A program made the position numbers and the translations under genes. The notes beneath the pieces are model-generated. The model was not told the DNA's origin, did not search any database, and worked only from the letters and a program-made list of their open reading frames with translations. This document shows, piece by piece, positions 37,501-49,572 of a stretch of 64,000 bases of DNA. This stretch comes from Phoronis australis (taxonomy: Eukaryota > Animalia > Phoronida): the NCBI GenBank assembly GCA_002633005.1, contig NMRA01000304.1:461200-525199 (forward strand), written 5' to 3'. Each line of letters starts with the position of its first letter. The stretch's first letter is position 1.

Positions 37501-37830
37501 AGTTTGGACACTGCTTGAGCGTCTACCGAATGTACCTGCGCTTCCACAGTCAACAATGGTTGTAACACCTCTGCTTAGGCAATCTCGGTCTGGATTGATG
37601 CCCAGCGGTGTTGCGTATTCGTAGCAATGGACATGGGAGTCGATTAAACCCGGAGTCACAATGTATCCGTCTGCATCGAATACCTCTACAGCATGTGCTG
37701 GCGAAATCTCCCTCTCCACTGCGGTTATCACACCATCTTTAACAGCGATGTCCAGGATTTCATCAACATTGTTAGCTGGATCAATCACTCGCCCGTGTTT
37801 TAAAAGAATATCGCATGCCGAGCCCGCCAT
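28600..37830 (-). CDS. Metal-dependent amidohydrolase/deacetylase, COG3964 (Atu3266/EF_0837-like, 'dihydroorotase-like'), copy A, about 401 aa
   Basis: Exons 37830-37536, 36122-36006, 35143-34996, 33526-33441 (duplicate at 31012-30927), 29159-28600; total 1206 nt, all GT-AG. Motifs: GRVIDP, PGLIDSHVH (HxH), GVTTIVDCGSAG, VGIKIRL (carboxylated Lys), LMTHH, DIYTHALH, FDVGHG, GSDLH, SNPAKAFG, GSLGVGREADIT. Confidence 0.92.
30641..30733. repeat. GC-rich hairpin of about 90 bp (mini-MITE); duplicate at about 33131-33222
   Basis: ggtacctttcgctggttccc..gtgcc / ggcac..gggaaccagcgagaggggtacc. Confidence 0.7.
31597..33810 (+). repeat. Near-identical direct duplicate of 29079-31288 after an N; includes amidohydrolase exon 4 and part of exon 5
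   Basis: Colinear with scattered SNPs and indels; starts right after the N at 31596; probable allelic overlap. Confidence 0.85.
33658..34432 (-). mobile_element. Helentron-type non-autonomous element (HINE/pearl-like)
   Basis: On minus: 5' tttttatgcgcccacata.. with a short inverted repeat, (GTCC)n-like microsatellite, units of about 150 bp, 3' subTIR gtgggcgcat, hairpin caacgctccgcgttg, end ctcttgtt. Truncated duplicate at 31139-31288. Confidence 0.8.
36338..36477. mobile_element. 140-bp MITE with TA TSD
   Basis: ta|cggtagcccaaagatgacatcg ... cgatgttatctttggtctaccg|ta; fully palindromic; TIR resembles that of the 17016 element. Confidence 0.85.
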
Positions 37831-38295
37831 TGACTCGGGCTATACCGAATAGATTTCAGTGTACGGCGGTGCTCCGCGGCGAGATATTAGCTACTGTTGG
37901 CCTGCGTCCAGAACTACATACCGTGTTTGTCCTACACATACTCCGTAATCAATGATATCGTATGTGACCCCAACTAATCTTGAGGGCCTAAACGGCAAAA
38001 TGATGATTGTTGACTAAGACCCGGTTTTGTACGACCTACATTTCACAGCTGCTGTCGTAACATGGATTGTGGGAGTGGGCGTGCACCGGGAATCGTGCGC
38101 ATCTTGGACTATCTATGGGGCGCATAGACTTGTCGCATCGACCGGGCTCGTGGGATTAGTCAGATACATCCTCGCTGGTTCCGTGCGTTTCTGATTGGCT
38201 GGTCGAATTGTCAACAAGTAGCGCTTTACGTAAACAAGCTGGCACGACTGATGGAGGAAGTGTAAATGTGAATACTATAGTTTGTGGTCTGTTGT

Positions 38296-38585
38296 CAGTG
38301 GCGGATTTAGGGGGGGGGACCATTCCCCCCTAAAATTCTACCAGATACCATTTTGGAGTTCGATCGGGCGACTAGCACGTGCGCGCAACCAGGGGGCTCG
38401 GGGGTGAATAAACAATGCATAGGCCCTGAACAAAGCCCCGTTTTTTTTAGTCAACAGGTCCACAAACCTCAAAAAGTCGAGACATCTGCATCCCCACATT
38501 GTAGGCTGGGGCGCGTGCATCTGCCGAAATTCTGGTTATTCCTGTGCCCTGCCCCCCCCCACTCAAAATCCTGGATCCGCCCCTG
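38296..38585. mobile_element. MITE with CAG(T/G)GGCGGAT ends and a 5-bp TSD
   Basis: GTTGT|cagtggcggatttag ... ctggatccgcccctg|GTTGT. Confidence 0.85.
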
Positions 38586-39719
38586 GTTGTACAGACAAAC
38601 CAATGCTTAATATTGGGATATGTTCAACATGTTCAAAAAATATGAATCGGAAAGTTGTGGTTGTGCCTTTTCGGAGTGTATTTTTCTACTGTCGCTGACT
38701 TTTGCTTACGTTGCGGCCCTGTATTCACACAGTATTTAGATATCACACCGGTTAAATCGGCCAGCGGCATATTAAACATTACTGCAGAAACGAAATATTT
38801 GCAGTAGTAGATAGAAAACTTGGTTTGCAAAGTTGTTGACAGAATTCGCCATTTTCTTTTTTTTGTTGTAAAATTAACCAATGACTGCGGGGGTGATAAA
38901 ACGTGTGCTGCTGAATGACACCTGCGTGTCTTCTAACCCCTAGTGGACACTCAGGGAACCAGTGAGTGATACTAGTGGAGTTGGCGTTGTTATTATGATG
39001 CCATCATATTGGAAAGTGTGACACAGGACAAAAATAGCGGAAAACACCGAGAATTTTACGGCTTCAGTCAGGAAATTGTAATGCGATTTGATTTTTTTGA
39101 TATTTTTACTTGCACGGTTACTTGTACGTTTTTTATACTTATAAAGTGGCACGGAATGCGAAAACTTGTTAAAATACCTTTTAAACAGATTTTGTTTGAT
39201 CAACTTCTTGTCTGAGGATGCTTACGCGAGAATATTGCAAGAATTTTTTTTAAAAATCGTCAGATTCACTATTTTTGAAACACTGACGAAATAAAAACTT
39301 TCATCTGAATACAGTTTTCAAGTTATCCGCCTTTAATAAAATGTAAACGCCCATGCACTCAAAGTAGTCAGACTAGTTGCTGTTAGAAATCGCCATTGTT
39401 TGTTTTGTTTACATGAAAGGTCAAAGGTCACATTTTCCATATAAGGGAAATGTGCCACAATTATGCATAGAACAATTCCATGGTTTGTCTTGACACACTA
39501 AATTAGGGGAGGGTCTTTGCCATGTGAGAGAAAGTCGACGAAGTGACGAGCTGCTGACAGATCGTTTTCTTTTGAAATTGGAAACTAAAGTTAAAAGTTT
39601 TTGACATCAACAAAAATTCAAAATCTTTACGAACAAACCGTGAAAATACCTGATGAACCGTTCGACTTCTGCAATTTAGTATGTTTTTCATGTTCTATAT
39701 ACCGCTTGAATGAAACTTG

Positions 39720-40068
39720 TTAAAAAAAAACAGTGCAGGTGGCCTGATGTCATTTGCGGTGCATCAGACGTGCGCAGACCTCATGGTTGGGCCCATTGCA
39801 CAAAACACCTGAGCTAAAGAACGAGAGCCCCATTATGGTTCTTCGTGAAGGAAGTTTTCAAGTCTGCCAGTCTCCATGTAACAGTGCCATACAGTAGGTT
39901 GCTTCTTAGCTTATACAAAGTTGGGCAAGACTCTACCATGTATTTTGGAGATTCTACGTCAGTGCCATACTCGGGACACATTGGGCTCCCCACATGCCCA
40001 GTAATGTGTCTGTGTCGGGCTAGGTTACAGTGGCCCGTCAAAATTTGAATGACGTGTCTTATGCCCAA
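39720..40068 (-). mobile_element. 3' remnant of a non-LTR retrotransposon (LINE ORF2 C-terminal zinc knuckle plus 3' UTR)
   Basis: QILTGHCNLARHRHITG..SPMCPEYGTDVESPKYMVESCPTLYKLR matches the LTGH..CxxC..ET..H...C tail of RNaseH-bearing LINEs, with one Cys and the His lost. Confidence 0.7.
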
Positions 40069-40625
40069 TGAAATTTGTTCATATTAGTTGTGATTTTGAT
40101 TTGTTATAGAATTAAAGAAAATGCCAGTTTAAAGTTTGATGCGAGTTTTAATATTTGAAATTTTAGGACAATTACTTATCATCACTTTGGAAAGTATTAT
40201 GCCGACAATACTTTTCAGCACAAGTGGGTGTTTCATAAATATTTGGTAATTCAACTAATTAATTTTCGAAGTAATTTGCATAATCGCAATGCAGTATCCA
40301 AGTAATAAATTAGTATGAACAATGCTGTTGATAGTTGAGTGTTGAAAAAACGTCTGTTCAAGTTACATAACTGATATATTGTGATAAAGCAATAGACCAA
40401 AAGCTGGTGAATTTACAAGGGTGGTCATCTCGTTCATCTAATGTTCTTTAATAAAAGCTTCTTAATGGTACATGCATTTTTTTCTCTTTGTGTAAAATTT
40501 GCCAGGAATTAAACTAGTAAAAGCGTGCAGATTGCCGACGCCCTTCACGATCGGATCGGCCCCATTGCGACACTACTAGCAGGTCATGCATGAGAAGTCA
40601 TGACTTGTGCTTCGAAGGAAGATAA

Positions 40626-43600
40626 TCACCGGGGTAACGTTTTAGGGCTAGTGATACCATGTTTAACCCCCTTCCTCCATACAGCAACGGGGACTATCAG
40701 TTGACTAACTTTCCGAACTTCTCCGTGACAATCTGGTAAGTCAACAGCTGATGGTTTTAAGCATAGCACGGTGATGTCAGCTTCCCTACCAACGCCCAAA
40801 GATCCAATTTTTTCGGAAACACCGAAGGCTTTGGCCGGATTGCTGGTAGCTGTTTTGATGACATCATTTAACGGCATTCCCAGGTGTAACAACTTTGACA
40901 TTACCGTTGGAAGATCGTAGGCGGGACCATGGACATTACCGGTGTGAAGGTCTGAGCCCGCAAGATCACACCAGAAATTCTCTTTGGCGCATTGCTCGGC
41001 AACAGCCCAGCTAAAGGAACTTTCTCCGTGCCCTACGTCAAAAAAGATCCCTCGTTTCTGAGCCTCTAGAACTTCCGGAAAGAGCGAGCCTGATTCGGGA
41101 TTTACGATGCAACTATCGTATCCGTGTAGCGCGTGAGTGTAAATGTCGCCTTGGCGCAGACTACCGGGGCATGACATCGATTGACCTGAAAACAGAGCGT
41201 GTATTTTATAGTCTGGCTGTTCAGTAGGAAAGGATATTAAGGTCGTTAGTAAGTTGACAAAAAATTACCACATGAGTAGAATTGACTAGAGGCCAATGTC
41301 ACAATGTGTACAAAGACGAGAAAGGATATAACCGCTAATAAAGTAACAATTCGCTAACATTAATCATGTAGCTACCTATAGAGTCCCCGTAGTAACTAGA
41401 AAGTCTTGGAAGTATATGATTTTTGTGGCAGCATGTGTTTTTAGTCAACATGAAGTTAAATATGTGTCGTTTTTGTAAAGGACAATTCAAGCTTTACACC
41501 GCACGGGTCTAAATACGCCCACATAAGGCAAAGACGTGTTTGCGTTATGTTATCTTATTTTCAAGCGAGTTGTCTTTACTTCATCCCTTCTCTATTTCGC
41601 CAGCAATTCAAATACGCACCCTCTATCCAATTTACTGGAATCGTTGAAATGGAATGGTGAGCCATTAATGGCAGCTGACACCGGGTAGCGACGCTGAGCG
41701 CTCTCCTGAAAATGTTCAGAACGATTAAAACCAACACTCCGTCACTCACTGATGAAGGGTAAGTGTTGTAATTCATCTTTGAGAAAGCGCGTGTTGAGAA
41801 TAAAAGTCACTTCCCGACGACAGTGGTTTAAAAAAATCATGCAGGTGGTCCGATACACTCTTTCACAGCGCTACGAAACTAGTATAGGTGGCGCTGTGTC
41901 AGAGGGTAGGGGTCCGATACCCGAATAGCATTTGACGTGCGCAAGCCAAATAGTTCGGGCACATTGCACATTGCACAGAACACCTGATTTAAAACTCCAT
42001 GAGAATTCTCTTATCTAAATATAATCATTAGGCTCTTCCAGAGAGAGGTTGCAGAAGTCCGGTACCCAAGTTGGCCACGGATGCTAGGTATTTGAACCAA
42101 AATACATAAGTCTAGGTAGTGTCCACAACCACTACATGCTTCCGCTTGTCCGGTCATTTCACTTAACCTTCTACCCAGAAGGATCAGTGATTTCCCAGAG
42201 CAAGTCTGGTCATCTCACTTTCACTTCTGGCCAAGCACGGTAGTATCTAGTGATTCCTCAGAACAAATGTCCAAAACACTAGATGTTGCTTCCACGCACT
42301 GCGTAGTAGGTTATAAAATCCCTAAAATGAGGGTAAAAGACGACAAACGTGCAGACAAACGCTCGTAGCCAACCACCCTCAGACGTGATTGTGGTTATCA
42401 AAAAGTTGCCTACTCACGAACTTTGTCGAATGACTTTTTACCCACTGCCAATCTGTAGGCACAGTCCAACTGACTAGTCACGTTCCAGCCACCAGGACGG
42501 AGTCTACTAGGGACTAGTCTAAATCCTAAGTGTGGATAGTAACAGTGGCTTGGACTCTTGTTCTCCATAAAACAATCGGTCAAAATTAAATGTAAAGCCA
42601 AAGAAAGTAGCCGGTTCTGATTCTGATCTGTTGTTTTGTATGCGATATTTTTCTAGTTGCCCATACTTTCAAAAGCAAAATCACCTGATGCCCACTTAAA
42701 TGGTCGAGGTCCTTTTTCTTTAGTGAGGCGCAACTTTCAAAATGAGCCTGGCGCAGACTAGCTAGAACCAGTTGTGCTAATTTTTGGCCTTAGGCCTACT
42801 TGGATTTTTCAATGCCCACGATACGTATCGTTGGCCAAAGAAGGTGATCGTTACGCACCTATATTACTTGCGTAATGAACTTAATTCTTGTTAGAGGCGT
42901 AACGCAAACAATAATTACTTTACGCTGGAAATAATTACTCTACGCCTATATAGCAAGAACTAAAATTTGCGCACGCAATTTACGTGCGTAACGTTTACAC
43001 ATTTGGCCAACGATACACGCTTGTATGTTTGCTATTTACAAATCCAAACAATTGGCTTTGAGAACGTAGTGACCTTGGGTGTTACCAGGGATGGGCCGCT
43101 CATGTTATACGGGGCTATGATGTGCAATTCAAGTCAAATACCTGTATGCCTCTTCCTCAAATTGTCCGTCGTTCATTACGTCAGCTGACAACCTTATTTT
43201 GATGCCTACTATCATGTCTCTGTTTTTCTCTACACAAGCCACGGCCCGATTTTCGTCCAGTTGCTTGATACTGTCACACTCACCATAACCTGAACCGAAC
43301 ATTGGAAACCTTTTAAAGCGAGGATAACCCCACGTTCTTTTGATTTAGACCACTTGCCGCTATAAAGCTGATCTCAAGTTGTTTGTAAGCCAGATAGATA
43401 AGTGATTTCTATGCTTTTAAGGAAACGACACTCAGTGAGATCATGCTCGGTGCTTGCAATGACCCACCGGGATTAGCCAACTTGTCGACCCTGGTCTCGA
43501 GTAATACCGAATATCCAGTGTTTTCCAAGCACAGAAATTACCTCTATATTGACTAAGAAACAAATTGAAACCAATTACATATTTGTTAATGAACAAAACC

Positions 43601-46600
43601 AAAAATTAGTTTTTAGGAAGGTAAGTGGGTCGTATTAATACGCATAGGTATTTACGGTAGTTTAATTGAAGGGTGTTACTACAGGCTTTCATTATGTTGT
43701 TTTATGTTAACTTCGTTAAGAACAGTAAAATAGGAACCTAATCGTGGAGCACATGAAAAGGTATACTAAGGGCTGTTTGGGTAATATGATTATTACCTTG
43801 GGACACACCGTTTCACACATTGGCGAGTGTCGGATGTTTTGACATTAATTTTGCGGCGGGTGGAAAATTTGAATAATTAGATGAGGCAACACTTCTTGTT
43901 TTCCAATGTTATACTATAATATGCTCAGGCTGAAGCTCATTTTGACTCATCAAGCGCTTCATCCTTATATTATGTTACTTTGCAGTGGCGAATTTAGGGG
44001 AGGGGGCAAGGAGGCCATGCCCCGGCCCTAAGGTTCTTACAGGTTCCATTTGGCAGTTTGGGGGTGCCAATGTCTGACGAGCAAAATCCTGGCTAATATT
44101 GTGCCGTGGCCCTCCTCTCCCTAACTCCCGGCAAATCCTGGATCTGCCCCTGCTTTAAAGTTGGTCATTTTTCGACCTCAGTCTCATGTAAAACTCAATA
44201 ATATAAATTGAATTAACAAAACAAAACAAAACAAAACAAAAATCGTTCTGCATTTTGATAGTTTTAACCACACAGCAACATACCCGTCATGTCGGAACAT
44301 CCAGCCGCCGCCAGGCCATGGGCTGCAATATGGAGTAAGCACAGCACACGGGTCTTCGACTGTTCAGCTATGAAATGCCTCAAGCCAGGAAACGTAGAAG
44401 CACCTGAGAATGCATAATAGGACATCACAACGAACATTAATTATAATGTTTTCTAGTTAAAACGTATCGTGCCAGCCTACTCTTTTTGACTGTACAAAAT
44501 ATACATTTTATAATCAAGTTATCGAGTCACTTAGAAATGTACTTTAAATGAAGATTTTTCTGTTTTTACTTCATAAAACGAGTTTTAACATGAGTCGCAA
44601 TTTCGTTAAAACTGCTTGCTGATGACGAACCTTCAATATGACATTTTTTTCTTTTCGAAATAAGTTTAACTTCAAAATTCATGCGCAATTTTAAAATTTC
44701 TGATCGTACACCTACGAGACTTGGGTGTTGGAGACCTTGCTTGTATGCCAGAGTTTTCTGCAGCAGAAAAGTACTCATTACGCCCAGTGGGCGCATCATA
44801 GTATTAGCAAACACACTTTGGGCGTTTATTTGGGAAAAATATCCACGGTCAAGTCCTAAACCTTTCCAAATTTTATAGGAAATGTTTGCTCGATGAAGAC
44901 TTTCCGGGCTTAGTAATGCTTACCCGAGCGACTTGGTGCCGGAGATGATGCTATTCATCGCTCAGTGTGCTTCATGCTTTTTATCGTGATTTCACTTTGT
45001 TGGAGTTATATTTTGAATGGATAAACGTTGAAAGGGTGGGGTTTGGGGGCACCGAGTACCCTCCCTTATAGGGGCTTATTCAAAATCCTTCGGTGACATC
45101 CAAGTTTCTTTAACCCGTGCCTTATAGACATAATTCACGCGGCGGACATCAAAATCCAAAGCGAGGCTCAGTGCGATTATGTGTGCTGTGTTGCCTTGAA
45201 CATTTTTCATTTTCTAACAATTTCCATGCTATTTTCTCTGCTTCAATTATGCAGAGTAGACGGTTTGCTTATACTTGCTTAATCATTCAATAATCTTGGT
45301 AATGGTGTCTTTCTGTACCCTGTTTATTATGGATGTCTTAATGGAGGAAGCACTTAAACTTATTTCTCATATATGCACTTGCTATACACAACAAGCTGTC
45401 AGAATGCGCAAGTACTTGTGCAAATTGGTCACAGTTTGTCTGGCACAACTCACTTTGAAATAAAACTTCTGTGTAGCAGTAAATGACTTTGTAACATCGC
45501 AATTGCAGTAAAAGGTATTATTTTATTATTACCGGGGTGTTTAAATTGCAAGGACTAGCATGAACCTGTTAAACTGTTAAAAATGTGATTTTGGAATACT
45601 TTGGGGATTAACATTTACCCTGAGTTATAGTTTGAGTTCAATGCCCAGGACTTTGTATTGATGTCATTGACTTCATATGGAATGGTCAATAGTCATATAA
45701 CATTAATTTATTAGTCTGAAGTAGACTTATTATATACAGAATAAGTGGAAAACTTTTCTTGGTAACATTTTTGTTGTTCCGGTTGGGGGTGTATGTTCCC
45801 TCGAACCACATACATTATCCCTGATAATTATTGGTATGTAGGCAAAATCAAATTTATTGTTATTTATGTTGCAGTTATTTCAAAACGTTAGTAGTGTAGA
45901 AGTGCTAGGTATCTGTATTATTTTATGTTTTGACATGTATTGTATAATGCATTATAAACATTGTTTTCATATAATTCATCAACTGTGAGTTAAAATTACA
46001 ATGATTGTAATGTCTTTTGAACTGATGTGTTACAAAGTTGGGATAAAAAATATTATACCACAATATTAGCCTCAAATGGCAGATACAACCGTGTAATAAC
46101 CCATAAAGTGAGATAAAATTTTGGCGGGAAACCGAGGCCGGATTCGAACCCGGGCCTCAAGCGCCTGTTCAGCAAAGGGCATTGCACCGACATTTATACG
46201 CTATGAAAAATAAAACGCATAATTTCCATAAAAACGATATTTTAATTCACTGAAATTTTTCTCTCGTGTTCTCTCACTTGTAAATCACCGATCTCCAATT
46301 TGAATGCGGGTATCGTGTCGTCGGTATCCTTTGACTTAAGCATTATACTCAGTTACTATTGGTAACCTACTTTAGCAGACGATATTTTCCCGGTCGAAGC
46401 TTAGCGTGATAAAATGTGTAGTAAGCTATAATAGTTGCTAAACCTTAATTTATAGATTCACTTTATTTCTATTTTGTTTAAATTTTCAATTTGTTTTGAG
46501 TATAAGCACTATTTGACAAAAATAGCTCGGCTTTTCTTAAAAGGTCACGACCTCCGACCCCGGGCCTCTGACATAGAAAGTAGTTACAAAGCCGTGGAGA

Positions 46601-49572
46601 GTCAGAAAAGGTAAATCGATTCATTGCAATGTTTCTGTTTAGTATGTGGTATAAATAGATTATTACATGTTCTCAGCCGTTATCCCCCTTATCTAGAGCC
46701 CCTCGCCATGTAATAATCTATATATATTAATCTACATGCTCTTATTTATCATTATTCTTCCTTTATTATGTAATGAGTATTGTTTATTATTGAAATTTAT
46801 TTTATTCTGTGCCTTTCAGCAACAAAAACTATTATACAAATATTACGTAATATATGATAAAATATAATGCTAAAATATTATATGAATTATTGTTATATTT
46901 ATTTGATTCTATTGCTATAGTTACAAAACCATGCGAAAATGTTTTTCAATTGAATTCAGGGGGTTGCTTTCATACTAGTCTTAACCCTGGCAAAGTCTCT
47001 GCTAATTGCAGTTAAATATTATCATAATTAATCATTATCATAATTGCATAAACTTCCACGTAAATGCAAATGATGTTTTCTCAAGATTGATATTGTATTG
47101 TATTGCTATGCATACAAATGGATCTAAAAAATTTTATTATTCATTTGAATGGTGTTTGCTTTCATTCTTGTGTTATAGCACCACAATAATTATCGTATTT
47201 GCCATAACATCACCAAAAATTATGTTTTCCTCAAGTAAATTATAAATATAATTCATCAAAATTGGTTTTATGCCTAAAAACTTGTCTTTATTCAAGTTAA
47301 TTACAATCTTCACCACAGGCTCAGACCTGCTTTGAGTGTCTATGAATGCAACTTGGGCTCCAGCTAATAGGTGTCGCTGTTCCAAAATGTGTGACTAGGC
47401 AAATTACACTAGGACGGCCATCTAGGGATGTAGTATCTTTGTCGTGACGAGTTGAAGATATATTCGACAGTGGTGGCTCATCGAATTTTGCTGTCTCGTG
47501 CAATTAGTCACATCTGGTTTAATTTGTTGATCAAAAATATTAGCTCCAAGCATAGCCTAGGCCCTGGTGAGGTAGGCACTACCGGGACTAACAGTTGATT
47601 TGTCATTGATCTAAAAGAATCATTGATGTTATTAAATACTATATTTTTATTAAGATAAAAAACCAGGCTCGCACTTGAAAATGAAAGTCATTTAACCTCC
47701 ATTTCTGCTTTCTGTAATAATTGTGTCTATTTCATGTGTCATATTTTTCAAATATCAATCTGGACCAAGTTGAATTTTAAAATTAAAACACCTAATTCCT
47801 TCGTTCAAAGCATGACCTCGTTTTAGAGCTCAATTTCAGTTAACTGGAAAGAACTAAGTGGCAGATTTAGAGGGGGGCCAAGGGGGCCATGGCACCCCTA
47901 AAATTCTCCCAGATTCCATTTGGCAGTTCAGGGGCTCGAATGTCTGACGGGCAAAATCCTGGCTAATACTCTGCCCTGCCTCCCACCCCCCAACTCAAAA
48001 TCCTAGAATCCTCTTGGAACTAGCATAGTTATCATGTTTCTTCAGGGTCCTCGTTCATATCCGCGGGGAAAGGTGCCTGTGCCTTCTGAGAGGGGAATTT
48101 TTCGCTAAGTGAGGTGAAAAATCTACCTGCCGATCACCCAATAGCACCCCCGCCCTCAGTGTTGCAAGCTCTCATAGGCTCTGTCTCAAGTAGCATTTTA
48201 TCCTTTTTCAAGTTGTCACCTCTGTGGTTACAGGTGATTTGAACCGTCGGAGAAAAATTTTCAATAAATAGGGGAATTTTTTAGCCTCGTGGGAGGAATT
48301 TCGCGTGATTTTTTAATATTTTTGAGAGGGGAATAGGGCCCATATTCGGCCCCAAAATCGAGGGATTGAAGGCCCTGTCTTTTTTGGAAAGAAAATGCAT
48401 CCCGTTTCAACCCGTAGTCATGAAAACAGCCTGGCGGGCCGAAGGTTCTATGATGCTCGGCAACCGAGATGCGACAAAATAAATTATGAGCCAACTTTTC
48501 GAAAGAAACATTTATAAATTTTACACGCGACATATTTTCCTTTGTCGCGGCGTATGGCAAAGACCCAACGCTTCCGGATCTCAACGTCCTTAGGGATCGT
48601 AAAACAGACAGTTGAGTGTCCGTATTTTTTCTAGCCGTTCGAGCAACGCGGAGTATAATTATGCAGATAAGACAACAGAGCTATCGTAGCGAGCCTCGTT
48701 TTGGAACGCGCCTCCTGTCTGGGTCTTGCTCATCGCCCGGCTTAAACGTTTCATTTTGCCTATCACGGTCAAGTCAACACTTCTTATATAAGACCCAATT
48801 GACCTATTGTATTTAGCCAAACATCTCTCAAAATCATGGACTTAAGCTTGGTTAAACTGTATATTTTCTAAAAGTAGAAGCCGGATTTTATACCAATCTG
48901 TCATTTGTTAGTGAAATGAAAATGTTTTAGTAAAATTTAGCAAAAAAGGTATGTTCCTAACAAAACGACGGTATCAGTAGCATGACCAAATTTCATAACT
49001 ATGACATCAATGTTCAAGAAGAAAATCTCATAAACGCTGTTATAGTTTTGTTAATCATCATTTCATTTTCGTTTTAAGCAACTTTTGGGTTTGTTTAGAA
49101 AAATCGTTAAAAGTCCTATTTTTAATAAACCCTCAAGCAAAAGTGGAACATTTAAAAAACAGCGTTTAGAGAATAGTTAATAAAGCATAGTTTCTGATCA
49201 GCTATTTTTGAGTTACGACCTTCCAAAGTTAAATTTGGACATTACAGTTTAGGGCCCTACAAAGAATTTGAATATACCTGCGCTTCCACAGTCAACAATG
49301 GTTGTAACACCTCTGCTTAGGCAATCTCGGTCTGGATTGATGCCCAGTGGTGTTGCGTATTCGTAGCAATGGACATGGGAGTCAATCAAACCCGGAGTCA
49401 CAATGTATCCGTCTGCATCGAATACCTCTACAGCATGTGCAGGCGAAATCTCCCTCTCCACTGCGGTTATCACACCATCTTTAACAGCGATGTCCAGGAT
49501 TTCATCAACATTGTTAGCTGGGTCAATCACTCGCCCGTGTTTTAAGAGAACGTCGTATGCCGAACCCGCCAT
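40626..49572 (-). CDS. Metal-dependent amidohydrolase/deacetylase, COG3964-like, copy B, about 402 aa
   Basis: Exons 49572-49278, 44403-44284, 43289-43142, 41705-41620, 41185-40626; total 1209 nt. Same intron positions and motifs as copy A; one extra codon in exon 2. Confidence 0.92.
41830..42520 (-). mobile_element. Putative degenerate SINE; head also present in the paralogous intron at about 34435-34545
   Basis: The 34435-34545 copy has a B-box-like ggatcgagtcc on minus; the tail (41830-41990) resembles the LINE 3' end at 39720-39812. Confidence 0.4.
42825..43016. mobile_element. About 190-bp palindromic MITE
   Basis: gtatcgttggccaaa ... tttggccaacgatac; absent from the paralogous intron near 34860. 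Confidence 0.75.
43983..44152. mobile_element. MITE of the CAG(T/G)GGCGGAT family
   Basis: CTTTG|cagtggcgaatttag..ctggatctgcccctg|CTTTA; the paralogous empty site near 35862 reads actttgaagttgatc. Confidence 0.85.
46655..46721. mobile_element. 67-bp element with 15-bp TIRs; same terminus at about 58470-58521
   Basis: atagattattacatg ... catgtaataatctat. Confidence 0.55.
47856..48016. mobile_element. MITE of the CAG(T/G)GGCGGAT family (degenerate)
   Basis: GAACT|aagtggcagatttag..cctagaatcctcttg|GAACT; internal sequence matches the 43983 copy. Confidence 0.8.

Noticed and set aside
46120-46195. tRNA gene on minus (gggttcgaatcc B-box)
   Set aside because: No cloverleaf or clear A-box; probably a SINE or other repeat fragment.
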